Assembly (NCBI GenBank): GCA_030704615.1
Contig: CM060731.1
Location: 35,402,001 to 35,466,000, forward strand
From: Takakia lepidozioides
Taxonomy: Eukaryota; Plantae; Bryophyta
DNA length: 64,000 nt
Reading direction: 5' to 3'
In this document: one piece after another, positions 14,101 through 24,721 of the stretch
Numbering within the stretch: position 1 is the first letter of the stretch
Layout: every line of letters begins with the position of its first letter
Made by a program: the position numbers and the translations under genes
The notes under the pieces: generated by a model
Told to the model about the DNA's origin: nothing
Seen by the model: the letters and a program-made list of their open reading frames with translations, nothing else
Database searches by the model: none

Positions 14101-17100
14101 ATGGCAAACAACGTCTTATGAGTACATTCTCTCTCTCTCTAGGCAGTTGGGCCCCCTAGTGGATGTTATGAAGATCCTTTTATCTTAGACAATCCCTTAA
14201 TCAATAGCTGTTGTAATTGGGCTGCTTGTTGAGGGCCCCACTCTCTTTCTTGTTTTCTGTTTTCTCTTATCCCATAAGCTCTTTGAGCTTTCCGCTGATG
14301 TTATGAAGTGTCATTTCATTTCTTTTTCTTATGTGCCCTTTTAGTCTATTTTAGAAATTTAACTTGGAGCTTCGGTTTGGTCCCGTAGACTCAAAGGGTC
14401 CCAATAGACTTCATACATCTTCCCAGTAAGAAACCAATCTATTCCTGCAAGTACCTGGTCCAGGTGACACCCACAAGTGGCAAGTTGGAGATGGAAATAT
14501 ACCACCACTGTCTGAAACACTCTAGAAGAAAACAACTGCTCATTTAGTTCTCGGAAGGCTAATGAATTACCGTTGAAAAGTTTAGCATGGAGATATGGAT
14601 GAGCATGCTGGGATTGTCTGCTGATAGTTACCTTGCACCTTGACCTTTCCAATAGTGCGCTTAGGTTTTGATGAAGTACTGGCCTCGGCATTGTTGCTCA
14701 ATCCTTTCTTGCTGCTCTCCTCATGTGGCTGCAGCAGTATTTGTTGTAACCTGTAGTCCCAGCCTCTCACCGTTTAGTGTCCCTCACACTCCATCCTTGC
14801 CTGGCTCGTTCATAGTCTGAGCCTAGTGCACTCCAACATCACTCTACGGAGACTAGCAAGCTCACAATCACCCATAATGTGGAACAAAAGAGTCGTAGAG
14901 TCACATCTTCTATGCTGGTGAGATATCAAAAACGAGAAGGGACTGGGAAACAATTTGGGACGAAGTATGGTACCCAAAGCAGTCTCGCAGGAGAGAGCAC
15001 TCATTTTCAAGAAATTCAAGAGCTTTCATGCAACCATGGGCCCATGCCCGCAGACACAGCCGCACACAGGCATCGTACGCTATCATTGCTTGCCACGCTT
15101 CTTGCTCACTGTCCTCTCGCCCAATGCCTTGTCAGCAGCTATTGTACCAGCTGATAATACTTTTCCTTAACTTAGCCAGAAGATCCAATAGACATTGTTC
15201 CACGTGCGAGTGTGATCTGGAGCACTGCTGTGCTCCAATCACACTCGCTTACAATAAACAAGATTAATGAACAGAAAAAAGAAATTTATGCCAAGGGGAA
15301 GACAAAATATGAAAACAACAAAACAAAACACCACTGGACAGACAGAGAGGAAAGACATACAATCATACAATATACCATCAAAGTTGTGTAGATAGAAGAC
15401 TGCAAGTAGTGTTTTCAAAAGTCTGTAGATGCTACTGAGTGAAGTAGGGACTCACCCCTGACTGGGAAACTTGCAACTAACCTGGGATAGATGGGAGGAA
15501 TGGGAGGGGTCGGATTGGCTGTACACTGCAATGAGGAACCCAATCTCTCCCCTACGTTTGTCGATACTGACCTGCCCACAATGCCTAAGTTTCATTCTGT
15601 ATCCATACATTGCACTTTTCCATACATACACAACTTAGCACTTGCCAAATCTCCACCTCACCCTTTTTCTTCTCCTCTTCTCCAATTGTCTACTCTTTTC
15701 TCTGTCCTTTAAGCTCTTGAGCTTCGTGTGGATGCTATAGTGTTTCTTTATTTATTTGTGTGGCATTCTATGGTTCTGTCCTGTCCTTTGGTCCTTTTGG
15801 CCTCCTGCCAACACAAGAAACTCTCCCTATCTCTCTCTCTAGGCTACGGCAAACAAAGTCTTATGAGTACATTTCTCTCTCTCTTTGTTTATGTTCGTTT
15901 GTTGTCCTTCGTACCCTTTCTGCGCCTCCATGGAAGTTATGGAGTACATTTCACTCATTCCTTTGATCTTTCTTTCCCTGTGAATGGTGATCCATGCCCC
16001 GTTGATAGGGACAGACTATCCAAAGGATATAATTTTTTATTTTTTTCATTTTTTCTTTTGTCCCTAAGCTCTTGGAGCTTCCCGTGGATGTTATACGGCC
16101 CCTTTCCTTCAATTCTTTTCCTTCCTTTGTTCATTTTGTCCTGATTTTTTGACAAGACAGTCGCTCTCTATTGAAAGCCTGCAGTATCAAAGAAAGGATG
16201 CACAAGTTAAGAGTCCATGAAATGTTTTACCTCAGACTGTGATCACATGGCCTACGAGATCCACTGTGTTGCATCTGTTCTGTGTCAAAACTGAAGGGAG
16301 TGAGGGATGAGAAGTTCGGGGTTGCAGGTGCAACCTTGGGCAGATCCAATCCCCTGCCTGCAAATACAGGTGGTGCACTGGGCGGTAAACCCACATTGTC
16401 TGACTGACTGTGGCACAGCACCTCTCCCCTTTCCTGTTTTTCCTGCTTTCCCTGCCATGTACAAGTCAAACTATGAAAACAAACTCTACTTTGTTGGTTA
16501 TTTTCTCCTACCCAAGTTGGTGATGCAGCACACCTGCCACTAGAAAGAAGACACTTGATTTTCACTATGCAAACTAGGCCAGTGGATGCCAGGGAGAGGG
16601 GGAAGCTTGAGGGTGGCTTGGGGAGCATAACTGTGATATACATGCAACCAGTGCAAAGCGCACCTCATGAGGAGCAGCGTGCACACCCTGAGAAGCATAG
16701 CTCACGGTGCCTTGTGCTACTGCAATTTGAGGATAACCAGCACCCCTTTCTGCAGGGCTAAGATGTGGGCCTGAGTCTGTCTCTTCCACCTCATCCTCGC
16801 TTTCATCATAAGCAGACACCTCCGTCTCAGAGAAAAACTGCCTGCCTTGAATTGGCTGCGCTAATTGACTCCTGTCCAATACCTCCTCTCGGACATTTTC
16901 TACCAAAGACCTGCCACCTCCACTGGAAGCGGCCTGATGCTTTACTTGTGTATCAAAACTATCCCTTTGGTCAAAACTGTCATTGTGAGCAAAGCTGTCT
17001 CTGCTGCCGCAACTATCCCTTCTAACAGAACTATCTTTGCGCAACAAGCTATCCCTGGGAAAACTTTCCCGCCTAATAGGAGGATGTCTATCGTAATAGT

Positions 17101-17814
17101 CCTCCACCTCAACTGGCTCTGCTTTTCCGGAGTTTCCTCGCCTCAAGTGTGCTGCTTTAAGGTCATTGTCAGGCTCTTGAAGCTTGCCGGCAGACTCGCG
17201 AGGGAACCGAGGGGTATTGCGAGGAGGGATTCCTGCAGGTGAAGAGTCAAGAGAGTAAACTCCAGATTCCTGTTCCTCCTCAGAATCGTAGTCATATTGG
17301 GTGGGATTGCCTGCAGACATGGATCCCAGACTCTCATCCAGGTCGTCAGTCATGTCTGTGGTGTGGTCCGATGAGAATGGAGACCTCAACACGCTTGAGT
17401 GAACGTTTGCATGTTGAAGCTGCGGTCTCGGCAACCCCCAGCCTTTGCCTGGCATGCGGACAGTTGTGTAGGTGTGGTCTCGCGTTATGGCAGGGCTGCC
17501 TTTACCTGCTGTTGGCGCACTTGCTGTTCTCACTTGTTCCTGCCCATCGCACCCCTACCATCTAGTATTACCTTCAATCTCTCTCTCTCTCTGCTAATTC
17601 ACAATCCCTTTAAAAAGTAGCCAAAAAGCCATCCGTTTCTTTCTCTAGAGGAGTTCTCCAATGGTGTGCCTCTGTGTATGACAGCCTCGTCTACCTTGTG
17701 AAGCTGGCTGAAACAACAGGACAGGAAACAAAAAAACAGATACATTCCGAAAGAGAGAAAGTGTACCTTGCGTACCCATTGAAGAGCATTTTTGTCAAGC
17801 CCGTCCGTAAACAT
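5153..17814 (-). CDS. Uncharacterised plant protein, AT4G24610/AT5G48310-like family; ~22 exons (approx. 17814-17767, 17554-16664, 16452-16231, 15571-15482, 15108-14974, 14750-14633, 11216-11047, 10797-10713, 10568-10461, 10156-10043, 9752-9589, 9310-9193, 8674-8450, 8156-7966, 7797-7634, 7427-7323, 7187-7050, 6711-6548, 6445-6232, 5836-5651, 5467-5395, 5266-5153)
   Basis: Starts MFTDGLDKNALQWVRK. Family motifs AWQAMIAYDACVRLCL, AYDIVLEVAM, YGVSDAYTKLRYL, VFENYKSLD, GGVDAKDLFHLYI, RGYWDRMAQDVLHFLENRKGNRSWYKGS and DLEPPRSVTEARSML each lie on GT-AG-bounded exons. Inner exon boundaries are approximate (within a few nt). Confidence 0.85.
8343..8519 (-). repeat. ~85-bp tandem duplication of an exon 3' end plus its donor site
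   Basis: 8437-8519 (exon end and donor) is duplicated at 8343-8428 in the following intron; shared core GTGCTCTGAGCCTCCAAAGAGAG. Confidence 0.85.
11441..11526 (+). mobile_element. ~70-bp 5'-truncated LINE 3' tail flanked by (CT)n on both sides
   Basis: gctcaaactggg..ggccacaaggctacggcaaacaacggcttatgagtaaatt matches the tail at 12709-12770, with CT runs at ~11415-11439 and ~11509-11526. Confidence 0.85.
11545..14140 (+). mobile_element. Non-LTR retrotransposon (RTE-X/L2-like LINE) relic: RT C-terminus plus three tandem copies of the 3' zinc-finger/tail (~12200-12770, 12771-13267, 13276-13787 resuming at 14100-14140)
   Basis: YTYLGV...IRPALQYGSAIW...VRGEFG...RYPK is the end of the RT/thumb region. 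KLRAG...CPLCG-ED-HFL-HCP is a C-terminal CCHC finger. Copies end in GAGTACA(T/A)T followed by TC repeats. Lies in an intron, antisense to the host gene. Confidence 0.85.
13788..14099 (+). mobile_element. tRNA-derived SINE-like sequence interrupting the third LINE tail
   Basis: A-box-like TAGCCCAGTGG (13791-13801) and B-box-like GGTTCAAAC (13835-13843) at tRNA-like spacing. The LINE tail breaks at AAGGC (13787) and resumes at TATGGCAAAC (14100). Confidence 0.55.
15841..15883 (+). mobile_element. ~35-bp terminal LINE fragment inside a (CT)n run
   Basis: ctctctctct|aggctacggcaaacaaagtcttatgagtacatt|tctctctctct. Confidence 0.8.
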
Positions 17815-18740
17815 CCTACTTGCCTCTTTCTCACATTCCCCGTGAATCTTCCACAAAATCTTGTCTCTTGATAAACGGCAATTAATAACACGATGCACTT
17901 ACTGCCCAGGTTCCCACCTTCTCTGCCGCTTACCACACCTTCCTCCAATCTGCTACACACCGCATTTCGCGAATTTTCTCTACTCTTCCTAACCCATTAA
18001 CAGAAAAGCACTTTTGATGCACTCAATACTTCTCAAATTCCACTGGACATTGCACATGCATAGCTCCTCTTCAATTTTCTATCTCCCTGTGACCCACAAG
18101 CTCTTTGAGCTTCCAGTGCTTTCAAAGCTACTCTCTCGCTTCAATCTGTCCCTCCCCTGCGCCATTACAAGTCTGTACACAGCCTACGTTCCCTGCTTCC
18201 GCTCCTGCCGAGACCATTCCTTAATGGGTCCGTGGCTGCAGGCGTGGGCAGGTGCAGAGGCGCTGCAGCCCTACTCGCACGTGTTGCAGGCTAGCAAAGG
18301 AGAGGAAGTTGGGCAGCAAACGCGCCGCTGCCTCTAAAAAGCTTGCCCCAAATCCTCTCCCTACACTCCCTCTCCCTCTCCCTCTCCCTCTCCGGGAGTC
18401 CCTAAAATTCATGTTTGTCCCTCAAGTTTCAACTCTCCCGAGTCCCGACTCTCTAAAATTGCAGTAGTCTGGCAGGCACTTTGTCAAGTTTACATTTAGA
18501 GAATATAAAAAGTGTGGTAAGCAATAATAGTGATTTGTATTAATGGGTTCCCTGGGCTCCCTCCCTCATTATTATGTCGCTTCTGCCCCAGATTAGCATA
18601 AGCCATGATGATGATTGATCACATGCCCTCATGCTGAATGTGATGCCACACGTTGAGCCGCTGGGGAGTTTAAAAATACCTCCACAGAGGTATGTATGTA
18701 TATCTGTGTGTATGGTACTTGGCCCCTCAACGGTGGTATA

Positions 18741-19224
18741 GGGCCACTTTAGACTATGGACCAAGACCAAGAAACTTAGGGACCAATTTGCTTTAAATTG
18801 ATCCGGATATGGGTCCCTAGATGCATATTAAAAAACCTAGGGACCAAAGTGGGTGTGTCGAAAGGCCTTGGGACCAAGACCAAGAAACTTGAAATGAGGT
18901 TATCACTTATCACCTTCCATCACATTCCTCTTTCCCACTCAACAGTCAAGATTGATTCACAAGATCATTTGAGAAAATCATATTTCAATGTGTCTATACT
19001 TGGTCTAGGGTCCTAGAATTAGTACTCCAAACTACATGGGTTTCAACTTCCTTTCATGGTCCCTAAACCGACAATCAACGCCACTTAGACGTCATGTCAT
19101 TACTAACTTTCTTGGTCTTGGTCTGTAGTGTAAAGCCAATAAAATGCCAAGAAAATGCCCTCGACCAATAGAATCATTTCATTTTGAGTTGGTCTTGGTC
19201 TTGCACCTTAGTCTAAAGTTGCCC
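18741..19224. mobile_element. PIF/Harbinger (Tourist-like) MITE
   Basis: TIRs GGGCCACTTTAGACTA / TAGTCTAAAGTTGCCC (15/16 match), inverted subterminal GACCAAGACCAA repeats, and ATA/TTA flanks. Confidence 0.65.
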
Positions 19225-19510
19225 TTATTGATCCAGATTTCTGTGAGAGAACCTGTGTGGAGAGAGAAGATATACATGTCATGTCAAGACATGGACAAGA
19301 CCGCTAAGGTCATTGTCATTGAAAAACAAAACAGCCCTTTACAGGGCACCATCTAACATTCCCTTTCATGTTTACAATCTCATTTGAATACCCCATTATA
19401 TTTCAGGGTCTCTGAAAAAACAGGGTGGGAGGGTGGGATTCCAGGTCAATAATATCATGAAAGCACCATAGTTTGCACCATCATTTCAAAAACTCATTTC
19501 AAACTCATTT

Positions 19511-19740
19511 CAAAAACCAGATTGCAGGTTTGGGGATATTTCCCATAATCAAGCTCATAGCGCTTCAAGTTGAAACAGCCAGCCATTCATGCCTTAAGTA
19601 TTTGCAAGTAGACACAACACCTTAGCAAAACAAGTTGTGAAAACCAGATTGCAGGTCTTGGGACAGTTCCCAAGACTCATGCTAAAAAACAATTCAAGTT
19701 GAGTTTGAAACAGTCAAACAAATATGCCTTAAGCATTTGC
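19511..19740 (+). repeat. Degenerate ~130-bp tandem duplication
   Basis: aaaaccagattgcaggt...tgaaacag...atgccttaag(t/c)atttgc occurs at ~19513-19605 and ~19640-19740. Confidence 0.7.
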
Positions 19741-20491
19741 TGGTTTACATCATGTTTCATCTTGCCCTATTTGCATGGTTCAAGACATGGTATATATCAT
19801 GAGGCTGCATGCCAACATCTAGGTTTTGAACAAGTCTTCTCCCTAGAGGCTATTGCTGGCCTGAAGGTGACGTTTCAATGTCGTGTTACAAGCAGGAATC
19901 ATAAAACATAAGCAAGGCAAATTATCCCAAATTTGCCTGCTATCAGCCCTCAAATTCAGACTGCTATGAGAGCCTTAATGAGTGTGTGTGTTCCCTAAAC
20001 AAGGCGTACATGTTTGACACAACAGAGTCAAGCTGAGAGGTTTCATTCCAAAGCTAGTTTGGTGATGTATCAATGCCAAACCACAAGCAGTAAACATGAA
20101 ACCTATGCAAGGTTGAGTGTTCCAAAACAGATATAGGTCTTGAGTGGTATTCCAGAACCTCCAAAGATCTGAGTTAACAAAGAAACTCAGAAAAAACCTG
20201 CCTGCAGCCAGGCCTTTAAATTGAGAGTCTTTAACGGGCCAAGGCAAACAAAATCCAGGTCTTGAGCATTTCACTTCCCTAAGAAACAATACTGGTTTGA
20301 AGTTGATGTTTCAGAACCAAGATACAAGCAAAATTCTTAAAAAGGAAGAAGAAACAACAGGGTTGAGCCCCCTTAAGCAGGTATAGGCCTGGAATGGAAT
20401 GGTATTTTAAGGCCTCATAAAATAGCTCTGCCAAGGTGAAAGAGCAGCTCAGAAACCCCTGTTTGTTATCAAGCCATGAAACCAAAATGAT

Positions 20492-21268
20492 ATGAGGGCC
20501 TTGAAGAATGTGTGTTATCTATCAAAGCCTATCCTTTTGATCCATCAAAGTCATACCAAGAAGTTTCATTTCAGAGCCAAGTATCATTGTCAGAAGAGAC
20601 CATCCACAAGAATTTGGTTCATTGGCATTTTGGCAATTAAATTCAAACAAGACCTAGGAGGTCCACCGTACAGCCACAAGGCTCCAATGTGGGTGAGGCC
20701 ATGATCCAAGGTCATCATCAAAGTAGTGTCAACCCCTCATCCACTCGGCCCACGTGACTACAGACAGGAGATAGAGGATGTAATCAGGAACATATTTCAA
20801 CAGTTGGTCTCTATAGATCTAAGATTTTGCAAAGATGTGGCCAAAAAGGGTCATGAATCTGCAGTGCAGTGGCCAAACTGGCTAGTACATTAGGGGTCGC
20901 TGCCTGAGACTCCAAACTATTGGAGTCATGAACTTTTGCGGTACCATCGTGGAAGGCTCATTCCAGGCAAGTACCTACCATTTGAAGTGAACCTGCCACA
21001 CCATGCAGACCACAACCTGCCACAATCCAACATCATGCATTGATATCTAGTTCTACCAGAAGGCCATAACTGGACAGTTTCTGTGGTCGCTAGCCTAGAG
21101 CTGAAACATATTGGGTACCAGAAGGACGTCTTTGGACATCTGTACAGGCGGGTCGATTTGTAGTGTACAGAACAGAAGTTGCACCCTGTGCCATTAACTC
21201 CACATGGTATGAATGGCACTGAAATTCAGGTTCTGGATGCGATCTACCTAGGACCACATCTTGAGTAA
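20492..21268 (+). pseudogene. Decayed reading frame of unknown family (~259 codons, 4 internal stops, no frameshift)
   Basis: Single frame from 20492 to TAA 21266-21268. The internal stops are only TGA/TAG (20702, 20891, 21041, 21161), compatible with CGA/CAG/TGG deamination. Confidence 0.45.
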
Positions 21269-22433
21269 GAGTTTTACCAATTTGACTCAAAATAACTGCT
21301 ATTTTGTACCCTTGTACCCTTCATAGCTTAACTCCTACACATGCAAATGTGGTTGTAAAAAACCAGAAACAGGGGTAAGGATAGAAGCAGATCCTCATTG
21401 GAGCGATCTTGGAGCAGGTCTGAAACGGCATGGTGGCAGTTTGAAACAGCAAATGGCATCAGCAGCGTAGGCAGCAGCAGTATCCACATTTGCAAGAACA
21501 GGAGTTGCAAGCTTCAAGAAATCAAGACAAGTGAAGACCCTCACCTGTGCCTGTCCCAAAAACCACCACATAACGATGTGTGTTAGTGAGGATGCAGCAG
21601 GTGAGTGGCAGGTCTTCACAGTTGCTATCCATGTCAATGTTGAATTCTAAAGCATGTACAGATCACAATTCAAGCAAGGGTAAACTCGAAAAACCTTGAG
21701 TGTTTGTGGTATGCCCTGCGCCATGGCGTCCAACAGATCGTCTCCAACAGAACGCAATCAAAGTAGAAGCGTTCACAGATAGAGAATGGCTCATACAAAA
21801 AAAAAAAAACATGTAATCTGTAGATAAATAGGGATAGAGTACTTCCCAACGAGGAGTAAAAGCGCCGCTGCAAAATGAAGAACCATGAGTTTCTGAGCAA
21901 AGCGATCATCGCTTTGTCGTCTGCCAGAGAGGAATCTGCCTAACCGCCAGTGCGCATCCCAAGAGCCAGCCATCACGAGTACCATGTAGCAGCAGGGGAG
22001 CATGTTTACGCGGCGCATCATCAAGGTTCACTGAAGCACGAATTCAGTGCTGTGAAATGTGTCGGCCTGCTTAGGGCATAACTTCCCGATTTCTCATCCA
22101 GGGTGGATGAAAAATCACATTTTATCAAGAGAAGTACTTTGTCAATGGATGACATCTAATAAAAATGTATCTTTTAGGGTTATGGTATAGGCTTAGGTTT
22201 AATAACTGCCATCATTTATGATGGTAGTTTTATTATCTCTTGGATTTTAAAATAGGTAACCATTATTCATGTAGTTCATCCAGTTTAGATGAAAGAAATA
22301 GATGGTAAACCAAGCTTTCTGTACATTAAGTTTCATCATCCTATAATAATATCATCCATATTTGGATGAAAAAGGTTGGGATGAAAAACTAAATAACCTC
22401 AAAAGGTGAAGGCCAGATGAAATCCAAAGAGTT

Positions 22434-22457
22434 AGAGAGAGAGAGAGAGAGAGAGAA
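22434..22457 (+). repeat. (GA)n microsatellite
   Basis: Direct inspection. Confidence 0.9.
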
Positions 22458-22800
22458 GATGGCCGCCGGGCTGGGCCAGCAAAAACTTGACCTTGCGGCG
22501 GCTACTGCCCACTTTCTAGGGGGGTGGGGTGAGGGGTCACATATAAGTATTGCGACCCGGCTTGGTCCATTTTCAGTTTCAATCGATACGGGTACATATT
22601 AAGATCTACACGAATACAATGCATGTATCAGGAGTTGAAATGTAATTACGTGGATAAAGTACTTGATGCCACTGCATTAATGCGGCTAAACTCGTTTGGC
22701 CGTGTGACATGTTCTGCCAAAATTCATGGGTACCCATGAAATGGATGGGATTAACTGAGGAACTTATGGGTCCAATATTTTTTTCTTTTTCTTAATAATA

Positions 22801-22892
22801 CTAGGGTAGCCTGTGCCGTTGGCCCAAGTGTCAAGAGTCATTCAATAACCTATAATAAAATTAAACCAGAGCATCCCCCTGTTATATATAGA
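22801..22892 (-). mobile_element. Possible miniature Helitron remnant
   Basis: The minus strand begins TCTATATATAAC and ends with a degenerate GC hairpin followed by CTAG. Confidence 0.35.
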
Positions 22893-22894
22893 GC

Positions 22895-23309
22895 AATCTT
22901 CTATGTATGCAAGTGCGTCTTCTATGTCGAGGCCCAAGTGCCACCTCTAGGGTAACCTCTGTGGTTGGCCCAAAGGTCCAATGTCATCTAAGTCCAAATG
23001 CATTTTTTTTCACAGAGCCTACGGCCAGATTTGAACCGGAGACTTTTCCCTTGATATCTCTCCTCTCGCGGCTCCAACCATTGTCCGAGGAATTCCCACT
23101 TTGCTATTTTTCGGGAATTTCCAGCTACCCAAAGTACTTGAAATTCCACATCCTCCACACCGTAGGTCCAAAAATCATGAGACCAAGCCCGTGTACCCCT
23201 CCTCATCGAGGGCTTTCCGATGGTACCAAGCACCAGGGCTGGGGCCTCACGTTTGGGGACATCTCAAATCTACAAAACAAAACAAAGGTCTCGCCTTCAT
23301 ATATTGATT
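22895..23309. mobile_element. Putative MITE-like repeat with imperfect TIRs
   Basis: AATCTTCTATGTATGCAAGTG ... CGCCTTCATATATTGATT form imperfect inverted ends around a non-coding interior. Confidence 0.35.
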
Positions 23310-23635
23310 CACATGTGAAATGTGAAAATGATTAGTTGAAATATAGCCCTGAATACTTGAAGGAAGTTCAACAGGTGGGTTATTCACCTTCTGGATAAGT
23401 ATCAAATTCAAAATATGCTACCAATACCCCCTAACATAAAGTGGAAAACGTTATTAGTTAGTTATTACCCTTTTTTTCTCTTAAGGGAAACTTGAACACC
23501 TGGGAACGACAGCTCACAAATCAGGCCCCTTGATAGAGAGAGGAGAAAATAACCTCTTTCACTGTAACCTCAACGTGAAGGCTTTCGCATTAGACACCCC
23601 CAAGGGAAAGGGGAGAAGAACATACCATACCTATT

Positions 23636-23710
23636 AAGGTAACAGGATTTGACCCCAGAATCATCTGAGTGGCACTCAATGCACTATCCAACTGAGCTAT
23701 CGACTGTTGG
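23636..23710 (-). mobile_element. tRNA-derived SINE head / tRNA pseudogene
   Basis: Minus strand reads GATAGCTCAGTTGGATAGTGCA...GGGGTCAAATCCTG, with an A-box and a degenerate B-box. No convincing acceptor or anticodon stems. Confidence 0.55.
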
Positions 23711-24721
23711 TGTTGCCCAATTAATTACACTGAACCCAAACCAAACTGACCCCATTATTTTTTCTTCTTTTAAACCCTTTTAGACTCTAGAGGGAAAAAA
23801 ATATCCCTTTCTAAGATAAGGACCTCGGTCTTCTTATGGAGTTAAATTCAAGAAATATCTTCGGTAACAGATCTCGGTGCGACATGCCTTATGGCAGCCT
23901 AAAGGCAACCAAGGGTTTTAATTTTTTTCCCTTCAATAATTCCCCAATAAAGTTTCCATCCAGGGCCACTGTCCCCTGTTCCCTATATATATATATATAC
24001 CTTATTAAAAATATTAAATATTATTTGGTATTGTGTTCAATGCATTTCATATAATCAAATAATACTCTTCAATTGTGATTGCAATCCGCAGGATGACATG
24101 AGACAGGAAGGAGTTGGTCAGGCTGTGGAACATGTGGGACCAAAATCCAAGGAACCAGAAAAAAATAAAGTCAAACAGGCAAGGACCATGATCAATCAAT
24201 GAGGGGCACATTAATACACTCCAGCCGTCCAGGTATTGACGTATTGACCTAGTAACGTGGAGGATGTTTGTCAGCATTGAAACAATGACACTGCATTTAC
24301 TATCTATCTCATCATGCATGTTTGCCATCCGTCTTAATTAGAAAGCGCATATCCAAGAGTTGTTGGGAATGCATGAAGAGACCAAGTGAGGGCCGCTTTA
24401 CACTAAGTAGGATTGACTAGAAGGCATTTTGAATTGACACTTTGGCATCTTAACTGGGAACTCGATTTGCTTCAAGTGATATGTCAGTTGAATCTCACTG
24501 TAAAGTGCCCAAGTGACACTTTGGTCTAAGTCTCTTGACAGAAGTGAGAGTGCGAGAGAGAGAGTGAGAGAGAGAGAGCCTTCTCATCAACCAACGGAAC
24601 CGGCAGCTAGTTACATGCTAGCCGACTGATTCGGAGGATTTCCGAGTGAAAATTGTATCGGAAATTTACCCAGTATGTTGACGTAGGAAATTGACTATTG
24701 CAGTTACCATTAAGGGGAAGC

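Noticed and set aside
21670-22024. Two overlapping minus-strand ORFs of ~78 aa
   Set aside because: No recognisable domain or consistent splice structure.
24535-24560. TTGACAGAAG.. resembling miR156/157
   Set aside because: Only the first 10 nt match, it runs into a (GA)n microsatellite, and no star arm was seen.
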